In this document: positions 17,229-23,708 of the stretch, piece after piece
How positions within the stretch are numbered: the stretch's first letter is position 1
How the letters are laid out: the number at the start of each line of letters is the position of its first letter
Translations under genes and position numbers: made by a program
Notes under the pieces: model-generated
Told to the model about the DNA's origin: nothing
Databases searched by the model: none
What the model saw: the letters and a program-made list of their open reading frames with translations, nothing else
DNA from: an uncultured Desulfobacterales bacterium
GTDB taxonomy: Bacteria > Desulfobacterota > Desulfobacteria > Desulfobacterales > SURF-7
DNA: 24,000 nt
Assembly: GCA_964578935.1 (NCBI GenBank)
Contig: CAZOEW010000018.1
Coordinates: 6,340-30,339 of the forward strand
Direction: 5' to 3'

Positions 17229-17921
17229 TCAGTTCTGATTCGTTTCAAAAATTTCAAGGGCTTTTTTTGCGGCTACCTGTTCCGCTAATTTTTTGCTTTT
17301 TCCGGTTCCTTCGGTGATAATGTTCTGAATTTTCAGTTGAGCCTTGAATGTTTTATCGTGATCCGGACCGGTTTCATCGATTATGGTATAGGATGGAACA
17401 GATCCCTCGCGGGTTTGGACCAGTTCCTGCAGCCTGCTTTTATAATCGAGATTGGCGGTCGGCTTGGAGATGGCGTTTAAAAAAGGTGAAAAATGAAGTT
17501 TTATGATGCGGAAGGAGGCATCAAAGCCGCCATCCAGATATACGGCGGCGATAACCGCCTCAAACGCATCGGCAAGAATGGACTTTTTTTCCCGGCCATT
17601 TGTCTGAAGTTCTCCTTTGCCGAGTTTAAGGTATTCTCCAAGATCGATTGTTTTTGCAACGGATGCCAGTTTTGACTCATTCACAAGACCGGCCCTCATC
17701 CTGGAAAGATCCCCTTCTTTCAAGTCCGGAAAAAAATCCATGAGGATATGGCCGGCTGTCAGATTCAGAACCGCGTCTCCAAGAAATTCAAGCCGCTCGT
17801 TATCACCGAGCGTCGTGTCGGATTGTTCATTGATATACGAGCGGTGACAAAGAGCCAGTTGAATCAGTTTTTTGTCTTTGAAGGTATGACCGAGTTGTTT
17901 TTCCAGATTTGAAATATCCAT
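17229..17921 (-). CDS. rnc: Ribonuclease III
   Basis: The RNase III signature ERLEFLGDAVL is present, as are catalytic-region LADAFEAVIAAVYLD and a C-terminal dsRBD (GPDHDKTF...GKSKKLAEQVAAKKAL). Confidence 0.95.
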   Translation of the reverse strand: MDISNLEKQLGHTFKDKKLIQLALCHRSYINEQSDTTLGDNERLEFLGDAVLNLTAGHILMDFFPDLKEGDLSRMRAGLVNESKLASVAKTIDLGEYLKLGKGELQTNGREKKSILADAFEAVIAAVYLDGGFDASFRIIKLHFSPFLNAISKPTANLDYKSRLQELVQTREGSVPSYTIIDETGPDHDKTFKAQLKIQNIITEGTGKSKKLAEQVAAKKALEIFETNQN

Positions 17922-17939
17922 ATCGTGTATATTCTGTCA

Positions 17940-17962
17940 CGGCAGCAGATTCTGTGCTGCCG
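17940..17962 (-). promoter_or_regulatory. GC-rich hairpin in the putative rnc 5' leader
   Basis: CGGCAGCA (17940-17947) and TGCTGCCG (17955-17962) are exact reverse complements with a 7-nt loop. The element is 19 nt upstream of the rnc ATG (17921) and downstream of the candidate promoter. Confidence 0.4.
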
Positions 17963-18000
17963 GTATGCGTTGGAATGGTTTACCAGCAGAGACAAAACCG

Positions 18001-18029
18001 ATTATATACAGTCAGGCAAAAAAAGGCAA
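18001..18029 (-). promoter_or_regulatory. Candidate sigma70 promoter for rnc
   Basis: On the minus strand: TTGCCT (reverse complement of 18024-18029), a 17-nt spacer, then a perfect TATAAT (reverse complement of 18001-18006). It lies in the 110-nt gap between the PHP gene stop and the rnc start. Confidence 0.45.
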
Positions 18030-18031
18030 AA

Positions 18032-18967
18032 TCATTTTGTGTGGTCATGATGCCGGGAAAGCCGAGACATCAGGTTTTCATATATTTCATAGGGAATGAT
18101 CATGTCTCCCCTGCCGCTCCCCATTTGAATGTCCGGGAGCATGTCACCGTGAAAATCCGTACCGCCTGTTATGAGAAGATCGTGATGAAGAGCGATCTGT
18201 TGAAATTCAACGGATTGATTCTGCGAATGATCCGTATAAAAGACCTCAATGCCCATTAACCCCATCTCTTTCAATACGGAAACCAGATACTTCAGTTCTT
18301 TCGGGTCTCCTGTCTGGATCAAACCGGGATGGGCGAGGACGGGAATGCCTCCGGCATTCCGAATCAGTTCAATCGCTTTTTCACACTCAATACGGTACTT
18401 GTCAATGTAGGCGGGACCGTTTTTCCCAAGGTATCTTTCAAAGGCCTCGTTCATGGTTTTTACAACTCCCCTGGCAAGCATCGCCTGGGCGATATGAGGC
18501 CTTCCGATCTGACCGGTCCCGGCCTTTTTTTGTATTTCATCCATAGAAATATTAATCCCAAGGTTTTCAAGTCGTCTCAGAATTTCAGGATTTCGATTTT
18601 TTCTTGCATTCCGGAGAACGGATAAAGCCAGATTTAATTCCGGATTGTCCGTTTCGATTCCGTAGCCCAGGATATGAAGGCTTCCGGAAGAGGGTAGTGG
18701 AATTGGTGGATTTGAACTGATTTCAACTCCGGTCAAAAACCGGAGACAAGCAGGTATGCCTTTTTCAAGCACTTCCACGGAACCTGCAATCGTATCATGG
18801 TCTGTAATCGCAATGGCTCCAAGATTCAGCTTTTCTGCAAGGGAAAGGATTTCAGATGGTGTGCGGCTGCCATCAGAAGCGGTTGAATGGATATGAAGAT
18901 CGATCCTCAGTGGTGCATCACAACCCAAGTGCCTTCTCGAGCGCCTCCTCTTTACTTTTGCAGTCAA
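18032..18967 (-). CDS. PHP-domain phosphoesterase, TrpH/YciV (RNase AM-like) family
   Basis: DLHIHSTASDGS, AIAITDHDT and later H/D metal ligands (LAHPG, GGTDFHG) are present. The ORF-track start is a TTG at 18967, which overlaps dksA by 50 nt. An in-frame TTG at 18928 would reduce the overlap to 11 nt and is at least as likely. Confidence 0.85.
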   Translation of the reverse strand: MTAKVKRRRSRRHLGCDAPLRIDLHIHSTASDGSRTPSEILSLAEKLNLGAIAITDHDTIAGSVEVLEKGIPACLRFLTGVEISSNPPIPLPSSGSLHILGYGIETDNPELNLALSVLRNARKNRNPEILRRLENLGINISMDEIQKKAGTGQIGRPHIAQAMLARGVVKTMNEAFERYLGKNGPAYIDKYRIECEKAIELIRNAGGIPVLAHPGLIQTGDPKELKYLVSVLKEMGLMGIEVFYTDHSQNQSVEFQQIALHHDLLITGGTDFHGDMLPDIQMGSGRGDMIIPYEIYENLMSRLSRHHDHTK

Positions 18968-19280
18968 AGCACTGTGTGGTTACAGGCCTGGCCTTCAGGC
19001 GCTTGATCGAAATTTCTTCTTCACATGTTTCGCAGATGCCGAAGGTGCCGTTTTCGATACGTTCAAGTGCTTTTTTAATCTTTTTAATCAGTTTATGCTC
19101 TCTATCCCGTATGCGCAGCATAAAATTGCGATCTGATTCATGGGATGCTCTATCCGTCGGATCCGGGAAATTTTCCTTTGGAGTCGTCATTCCGGAAACC
19201 GTATCATCAGCCTGATTCAGAAGATCTTCCAGTCGTTTCGCCAAGAGCTCTTTAAAAAAATCAAGATCCTTTTGTTTCAT
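18918..19280 (-). CDS. dksA: DksA/TraR-family C4 zinc-finger transcription factor
   Basis: The 120-aa protein has a coiled-coil N-terminal region and CETCEEEISIKRLKARPVTTQCFDCK (CxxC-N17-CxxC). Confidence 0.9.
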   Translation of the reverse strand: MKQKDLDFFKELLAKRLEDLLNQADDTVSGMTTPKENFPDPTDRASHESDRNFMLRIRDREHKLIKKIKKALERIENGTFGICETCEEEISIKRLKARPVTTQCFDCKSKEEALEKALGL

Positions 19281-19473
19281 AACCCAAGCCTTTTGAGAGT
19301 AATTGTATTCGCTGAAATAATTAGAAAAATAAAAAATAACAACTTAAACTGTTTTTGTAAAGGGTAAAATGGTTCCAAGGCCGAATCCGGCAGGCTCAGG
19401 TTATTCCTTATGCTTAATATCATGAAAGAATCTGTCAAATTGTTTATTCTTCCTAAATATGTTGCGTTTCATT

Positions 19474-20133
19474 CTAATCCTTTAAAAGATCTTCACACGC
19501 ATAACCGTTTCCAAGTGTCTTCGATAACAGGTTGTTGATCGTTGCCGTTTTATTTTCTTTTATCATATCCAGAACCCCTTGTTGAATCAGTGTTTCAAAG
19601 AGAGGCTTGTGTGCCTCCGGGTCATGGTTCTCGGCGAGAAGCCGTTTGCGAATAGCACCCATGAGTTTGAGAAATACGGCATATTCCCGGCCAAACTGCT
19701 TTTCAAGGTCCTTGCGCAACTTTTTCGCAAAGGCAGGACTGGTGCCGGATGTGGAAATGGCGATGATTAAATCTCCCCTTTTTACAATCGCAGGCAGAAT
19801 AAAATTGCAGGCTTCCGGAACATCCGCAACATTGCACAACATGTTCCGTTTTTCTGCGTCTGAATTGATTCTGAGGTTAAGCTCCTTATCACTAGTGGCG
19901 CAGATGACGAGAAACATGCTTTCAAGATCGGATGACTGGTAGGGGCGCTTTTTTAACCGTAACGTCGTTTTTGCCGAGAGTGTTTTCAGCTCCTCAGACA
20001 TTTTTTTACTTACAACGGTTACGGCTGCGCCACATTCGAGAAGTGTTTGAACCTTTCGTGTTCCAACGGATCCGCCGCCCACAACAAGGCATCTACGGTT
20101 TTGCACGTCCAGATTAACAGGATAGTATTTCAT
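19474..20133 (-). CDS. Precorrin-2 dehydrogenase / sirohydrochlorin ferrochelatase (CysG N-terminal domain, Met8/SirC-like)
   Basis: YPVNLDVQNRRCLVVGGGSVGTRKVQTLLECGAAVTVVS is the Rossmann GxGxxG of the siroheme synthase N-domain. ISTSGTSPAFAKKLR is the conserved family block. The protein is 219 aa. Confidence 0.85.
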   Translation of the reverse strand: MKYYPVNLDVQNRRCLVVGGGSVGTRKVQTLLECGAAVTVVSKKMSEELKTLSAKTTLRLKKRPYQSSDLESMFLVICATSDKELNLRINSDAEKRNMLCNVADVPEACNFILPAIVKRGDLIIAISTSGTSPAFAKKLRKDLEKQFGREYAVFLKLMGAIRKRLLAENHDPEAHKPLFETLIQQGVLDMIKENKTATINNLLSKTLGNGYACEDLLKD

Positions 20134-20157
20134 TTTCGCACAGATGGTTATGGATTA

Positions 20158-20955
20158 TCAGGTGCCGATTCTGATTTTCATCAGATCCTCTGCCAGAACA
20201 AGCTCGCCATCATATGATCTGCGGCATTCATTTGCAATGTCTACTGTGTCGCATTCCGGATAGAAATGTGTAAGCAAGAGTTTTTTTACGCCGGACCGAG
20301 CAGCAATCTCTCCTGCAAGAGAGGGCGTGAGGTGACCGGGTATTTTTATATGATCCGGCATGGATGATTCACAGATCAAGAGATCCGCGTTTGTCGAAAG
20401 TTCGATCAGGTTTTCGCTGAAGTCGGTGTCTCCGGAGTAAACAACAGCTCTTCCCCTGTTATCTTCTATCCGGAATGCAATGCTCTCTTCATTGTGTGCC
20501 ACCGGGATAGAATGAACCGTAAAATGATCGAAACGCATCCGATCCCGGTTTGTATTGTTCAGCTCGACGATATTCATCAAGCCGTTTTCAAGATGGATCC
20601 ATTTTCCGTAAACATTCTCAAGTCCTTTGAAAAATTTAGAAAATCCGCGTCCGGCAAGGAACATGAGTACGGTTTTGCGCAGATTTTGATCCGGGTATTT
20701 TGTCGCAAACAGCAACGGAACCAGTTCACTGGTATGATCCGGATGCAGATGGCTGTAAAAGACAAAGGAAATATCAAAAATGGTGACGCCTGTTTCAAGA
20801 AGGCGCCTCATGGTTCCCGGTCCTGAATCAAAAAGCAGTTTATCCGGGCCAATTTCCATGAGGACGGAGCAGGGACCGCGTTTCAGAGATGGAACACAGG
20901 TCCCTGATCCCAGTATGGTTATGGTAAATTCGTTTTCAGCAGTTGAGTCCGGCAT
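20158..20955 (-). CDS. MBL-fold metallo-hydrolase (RNase Z/ElaC-like)
   Basis: TILGSGTCVPS near the N-terminus, the HxHxDH motif (YSHLHPDHTSE), and later SGDT and LTHF are present. The ORF track extends to a TTG at 21042. The ATG at 20955 (MPDST...) is preceded by GGAGAAAT and gives a family-typical ~265 aa. Confidence 0.8.
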   Translation of the reverse strand: MPDSTAENEFTITILGSGTCVPSLKRGPCSVLMEIGPDKLLFDSGPGTMRRLLETGVTIFDISFVFYSHLHPDHTSELVPLLFATKYPDQNLRKTVLMFLAGRGFSKFFKGLENVYGKWIHLENGLMNIVELNNTNRDRMRFDHFTVHSIPVAHNEESIAFRIEDNRGRAVVYSGDTDFSENLIELSTNADLLICESSMPDHIKIPGHLTPSLAGEIAARSGVKKLLLTHFYPECDTVDIANECRRSYDGELVLAEDLMKIRIGT

Positions 20956-21293
20956 GGCTGCTATTTCTCCGGGGAGGTGTTTTCTGTTTTCAATAACCAT
21001 CCATTGTTGCGGATCATACGACGCAGCAGATTGGTTTTTCAATACTATTTTGTTGAATGAATCAGACCGGCAGGCACATCATGGATTGCAAAAGGTGTAA
21101 CAGCATAAATTAATGACAGTTATAAAATCTTGTTCCGCGGGAATGTGTTTTTAAAATTTGTTTGACGGGTACGGCATGGAATTGTACTATCCCATCGTGA
21201 TGAAAGCCTGTAAAATTTTTTCCACGTTTTTCGGTATAACCATTTGATGTTTTTTGTTTAAAAGTTTTACAGCGCTGGCTGATTTTTTATTTC

Positions 21294-21323
21294 TTGACGT
21301 TTTACGAAAATGTTTGTTATAAA
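21294..21323 (+). promoter_or_regulatory. Candidate sigma70 promoter of the Fo (atpZ-atpI-atpB-c) cluster
   Basis: TTGACG (21294-21299), an 18-nt spacer, then TATAAA (21318-21323), with a T-rich tract upstream. A weaker second candidate is TTGACG (21162-21167), 17 nt, TACTAT (21185-21190). Confidence 0.45.
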
Positions 21324-21409
21324 ACGCCTTTGTGTGAATTGCCGGACAGGGTTTTATAAAAATTATCTTTTTTATCAAATGGTTATTTTGACGATTGCGG
21401 GCGTGTCCC

Positions 21410-21673
21410 ATGTTTTTCAATTTTAAAAAAAACCAGGTCTGGGCAGAGAGTTCCCACATCATCATGCAGATCGGTTTGACAATGGCCGGATGCATTGTTT
21501 TTTGTTTTTTCATTGGCCGGTTTCTGGACAACTGGCTTGGCACAAAGGGAATCTTTGTTACAATTTTTACCCTGCTGGGCGTGGTGGGCGGCGGGAATGT
21601 GGTTTACCGCCAGATTATTGCGGTGACGGAAAAGAAAGACAAGGATAACGGGTCGGCAGATGGAAGCGATTAG
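21410..21673 (+). CDS. atpZ: AtpZ-like small membrane protein (ATPase_gene1 family)
   Basis: The protein has two predicted TM helices with the family-like core IGLTMAGCIVFCFFIGRFLDNWLGTKGIFVTIFTLLGVVGG. It is first in the atp cluster. The start is ambiguous among TTG 21395, ATG 21410 and ATG 21464. Confidence 0.65.
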   Translation: MFFNFKKNQVWAESSHIIMQIGLTMAGCIVFCFFIGRFLDNWLGTKGIFVTIFTLLGVVGGGNVVYRQIIAVTEKKDKDNGSADGSD

Positions 21674-22043
21674 GCAGACGCAGAAGCGGTATTGCTCCAG
21701 CGCGTTAAGCTTTGCAGTTATGGCGGGCTTTATTTTTTACCTGATCGGAATGATTCCAGTCTGCAAAGGGCTGGTACTCGGAACTCTTTTCAGTATTTTA
21801 AATTTTATTCTGATGGGAGAGACCCTTCCCATGAGAATTGATCGAACAAAGGGCAGAACATTTTTTATTGTCCTTGGGTCTATTTTTTTCAGATATATAC
21901 TGTTAGCCATACCGATTTATATGGCAATCAAAAATGAACAGTTTGACTTTTTTTCCGTGATTGTCGGAATTTTTATGGTTCAGATAATGCTGTTAGGGGA
22001 TCATGTTTCGGCTATTATCTTTTCCCGTTTTAAAAAAAAATAG
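21660..22043 (+). CDS. atpI: ATP synthase protein I (AtpI)
   Basis: The 127-aa protein has four hydrophobic segments and sits directly upstream of atpB, as in canonical atpIBE operons. It overlaps the atpZ end by 14 nt. Confidence 0.7.
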   Translation: MEAIRQTQKRYCSSALSFAVMAGFIFYLIGMIPVCKGLVLGTLFSILNFILMGETLPMRIDRTKGRTFFIVLGSIFFRYILLAIPIYMAIKNEQFDFFSVIVGIFMVQIMLLGDHVSAIIFSRFKKK

Positions 22044-22055
22044 GAAATGTAAATC

Positions 22056-22730
22056 ATGCAGGAATTGGGTAAAATACACCAACTGATTGTACCATTTTTC
22101 GGTCATACATTAACATTCAACCTTGAAGTCATTCTGTTTACCTGGATTGTAATCGGCCTGTTGCTTCTGTTCGGTATTTTTGCAACCCGCAGAAAGAGCA
22201 TGGCGCCAGGTCCGATGCAGGTTGTCGGTGAACTTTTTGTTGAAAATCTTTTCAATCTTGCCGAAGAGACCCTGGGCAAGGAGATGGCCAAAAAATATGG
22301 ACCCCTGGTATGCGCGCTGTTCATGTTTCTAGTGCTGTCCAACTGGCTTGGAATCATTCCCCATCTTGAGGAACCGACAAAAGACCTGAACACACCGCTG
22401 AGCTTAGGCATTATGGGGTTTTTTATTGCCCACTATGCCGGTATCCGAACCCGGGGAATTAAAAACTATCTAAAAGGATACGTGGAGCCTTTTTTTTTCA
22501 TGCTTCCCCTTAACATTATCGGGGAACTGGCGAATGTGGTTTCCATTTCGTTTCGTCTTTTTGGAAATATCATGGGCGGTTCCATTATTATTCTGGTGGT
22601 ATCGTATCTGACGTACAGTGTGATTCTGCCGCCTTTTTTAAATGCTTTTTTTGGACTTTTTGTCGGTACGATTCAGGCGTTTGTTTTTACGATGCTTACT
22701 ACGGTTTATATATCACTGCAGGTAAAATAA
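22056..22730 (+). CDS. atpB: F-type ATP synthase Fo subunit a
   Basis: The essential-Arg block ISFRLFGNIMGG is present, along with LSNWLGIIP and the C-terminal QAFVFTMLTTVYI. An SD (AGGAAA) lies upstream. Confidence 0.92.
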   Translation: MQELGKIHQLIVPFFGHTLTFNLEVILFTWIVIGLLLLFGIFATRRKSMAPGPMQVVGELFVENLFNLAEETLGKEMAKKYGPLVCALFMFLVLSNWLGIIPHLEEPTKDLNTPLSLGIMGFFIAHYAGIRTRGIKNYLKGYVEPFFFMLPLNIIGELANVVSISFRLFGNIMGGSIIILVVSYLTYSVILPPFLNAFFGLFVGTIQAFVFTMLTTVYISLQVK

Positions 22731-23708
22731 ATGATAGAATTCAATATTCAAAACTGGATTTCGATGGCCTCTTTTATGGGTGCCGGTATTGCCATGGGCT
22801 TCAGCGCCATCGGATCCGCAATCGGTGAAGGGTATACAGCTGCAGAGGCAACTACAGCAATCTCACGGAATCCGAAGTTATCGGATGAAATTTTAAAGAT
22901 GATGTTAATGGGCCAGGCCATAGCGGAATCTGCAGCGATTTTTGGTCTGGTTATCGCGATGATGCTTCTTTTTACCAAATTTCCCCATATCTCCTGGCTT
23001 ACAGTAAGCGTTTTAATCGCTGCAGGATTTTCCATGGGTCTCGGGGCTATCGGATCGGGAGTGGGATCCGGTTTGGCTTCGGCTTTAGCCTGTAAAGGAC
23101 TGGCAAGACAGCCTGGAGCAAAAAGTACTCTTCAGGCAAACATGTTGATCGGTTCCAGCATTGCTCAAACACCGGCAATTTTTTCTCTGGTAACCGCACT
23201 TATTTTGATTTTTACGGATTTTTCAGCCCGTCCGATCTCGCCTACATGGGCGGCGATTCTAGGAGCCGGATTTGCTTCGGGTTTTGGAGCTATCGGTTCC
23301 GGACTTGGAGACGGTCTTGTTGCCGGAGCATGCTGTGAAGGCACGGCGCGTCAGCCCATGGCCGCAAAAGCGGTATTAAGTGTCATGTTTTTGGGAATGG
23401 CGGTTACCGAGACAACAGCCATTTACGGTCTGCTGGTCAGTTTCATTCTGATATTCAGAGAGTCTGCTGCAACAGAAGCCCTTGCACCGGCCATGGCGCT
23501 CCTTGGGGCGGGTCTTTGCATGGGTATTGGTGCCATCGGACCCGGTATTGGAGAGGGATTTACCGCCCGCAGCGCGGTAGGCGGGATTGCAAAAAATTCA
23601 GAAGCGAGAACGGAACTCACACGTGTAATGCTTGTGGGTCAGGCGGTTTCGGAGTCAACCGGTATCTATTCACTGGTTATCGCGCTGGTTTTGATTTTTG
23701 TTGTCTAA
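22731..23708 (+). CDS. Fused F-type ATP synthase c subunit with four tandem hairpin modules in one polypeptide (about 8 TM helices)
   Basis: The ATG directly follows the atpB TAA (22728-22730). The 325 aa are uninterrupted and contain four ~70-aa units, each with a G-rich helix 1 (GAG..MG.GAIG.G.G.G), a polar loop and helix 2 (G.A..E/Q....(F/Y).L.......F). The units begin at aa 12, 92, 173 and 254 and are joined by 10-11-aa linkers. Confidence 0.85.
   Translation: [325 protein letters not shown]
22764..22973 (+). repeat. c-subunit hairpin module 1 (aa 12-81)
   Basis: Sequence: [70 protein letters not shown]. The helix-1 residue is E33 (22827-22829) and the helix-2 carboxylate is E66 (22926-22928). 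Confidence 0.8.
23004..23213 (+). repeat. c-subunit hairpin module 2 (aa 92-161); the carboxylate is replaced by Gln
   Basis: Sequence: [70 protein letters not shown]. The helix-1 residue is S113 (23067-23069). The position aligned with the ion-binding Glu is Q146 (CAA, 23166-23168). Confidence 0.8.
23247..23456 (+). repeat. c-subunit hairpin module 3 (aa 173-242)
   Basis: Sequence: [70 protein letters not shown]. The helix-1 residue is D194 (23310-23312) and the helix-2 carboxylate is E227 (23409-23411). Confidence 0.8.
23490..23699 (+). repeat. c-subunit hairpin module 4 (aa 254-323)
   Basis: Sequence: [70 protein letters not shown]. The helix-1 residue is E275 (23553-23555) and the helix-2 carboxylate is E308 (23652-23654). 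By my hand alignment, 32 of 70 positions are identical to module 1. Confidence 0.8.

Noticed and set aside
19381-19473. TTGACA (reverse complement of 19433-19438) as a possible dksA promoter -35
   Set aside because: No acceptable -10 lies at 16-18-nt spacing (the best are AAGCAT and TAAGCA). A weaker TTTACA-17-TATTTT closer to dksA is equally unconvincing, so I do not call either.
21187-21543. 118-aa minus-strand ORF across the atp promoter region and the atpZ start
   Set aside because: It is Lys/Asn-rich and low-complexity, and it overlaps the promoter-like elements and the atpZ-like ORF, which has coherent TM helices and operon context.
22731-23708. Possibility that the four-module ORF is an assembly collapse or expansion artefact of tandem identical c genes
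   Set aside because: The modules differ at more than half of their amino-acid positions and have distinct linkers and loops. They are not near-identical repeats of the kind that mis-assemble. Read-level confirmation of the junctions is still recommended.
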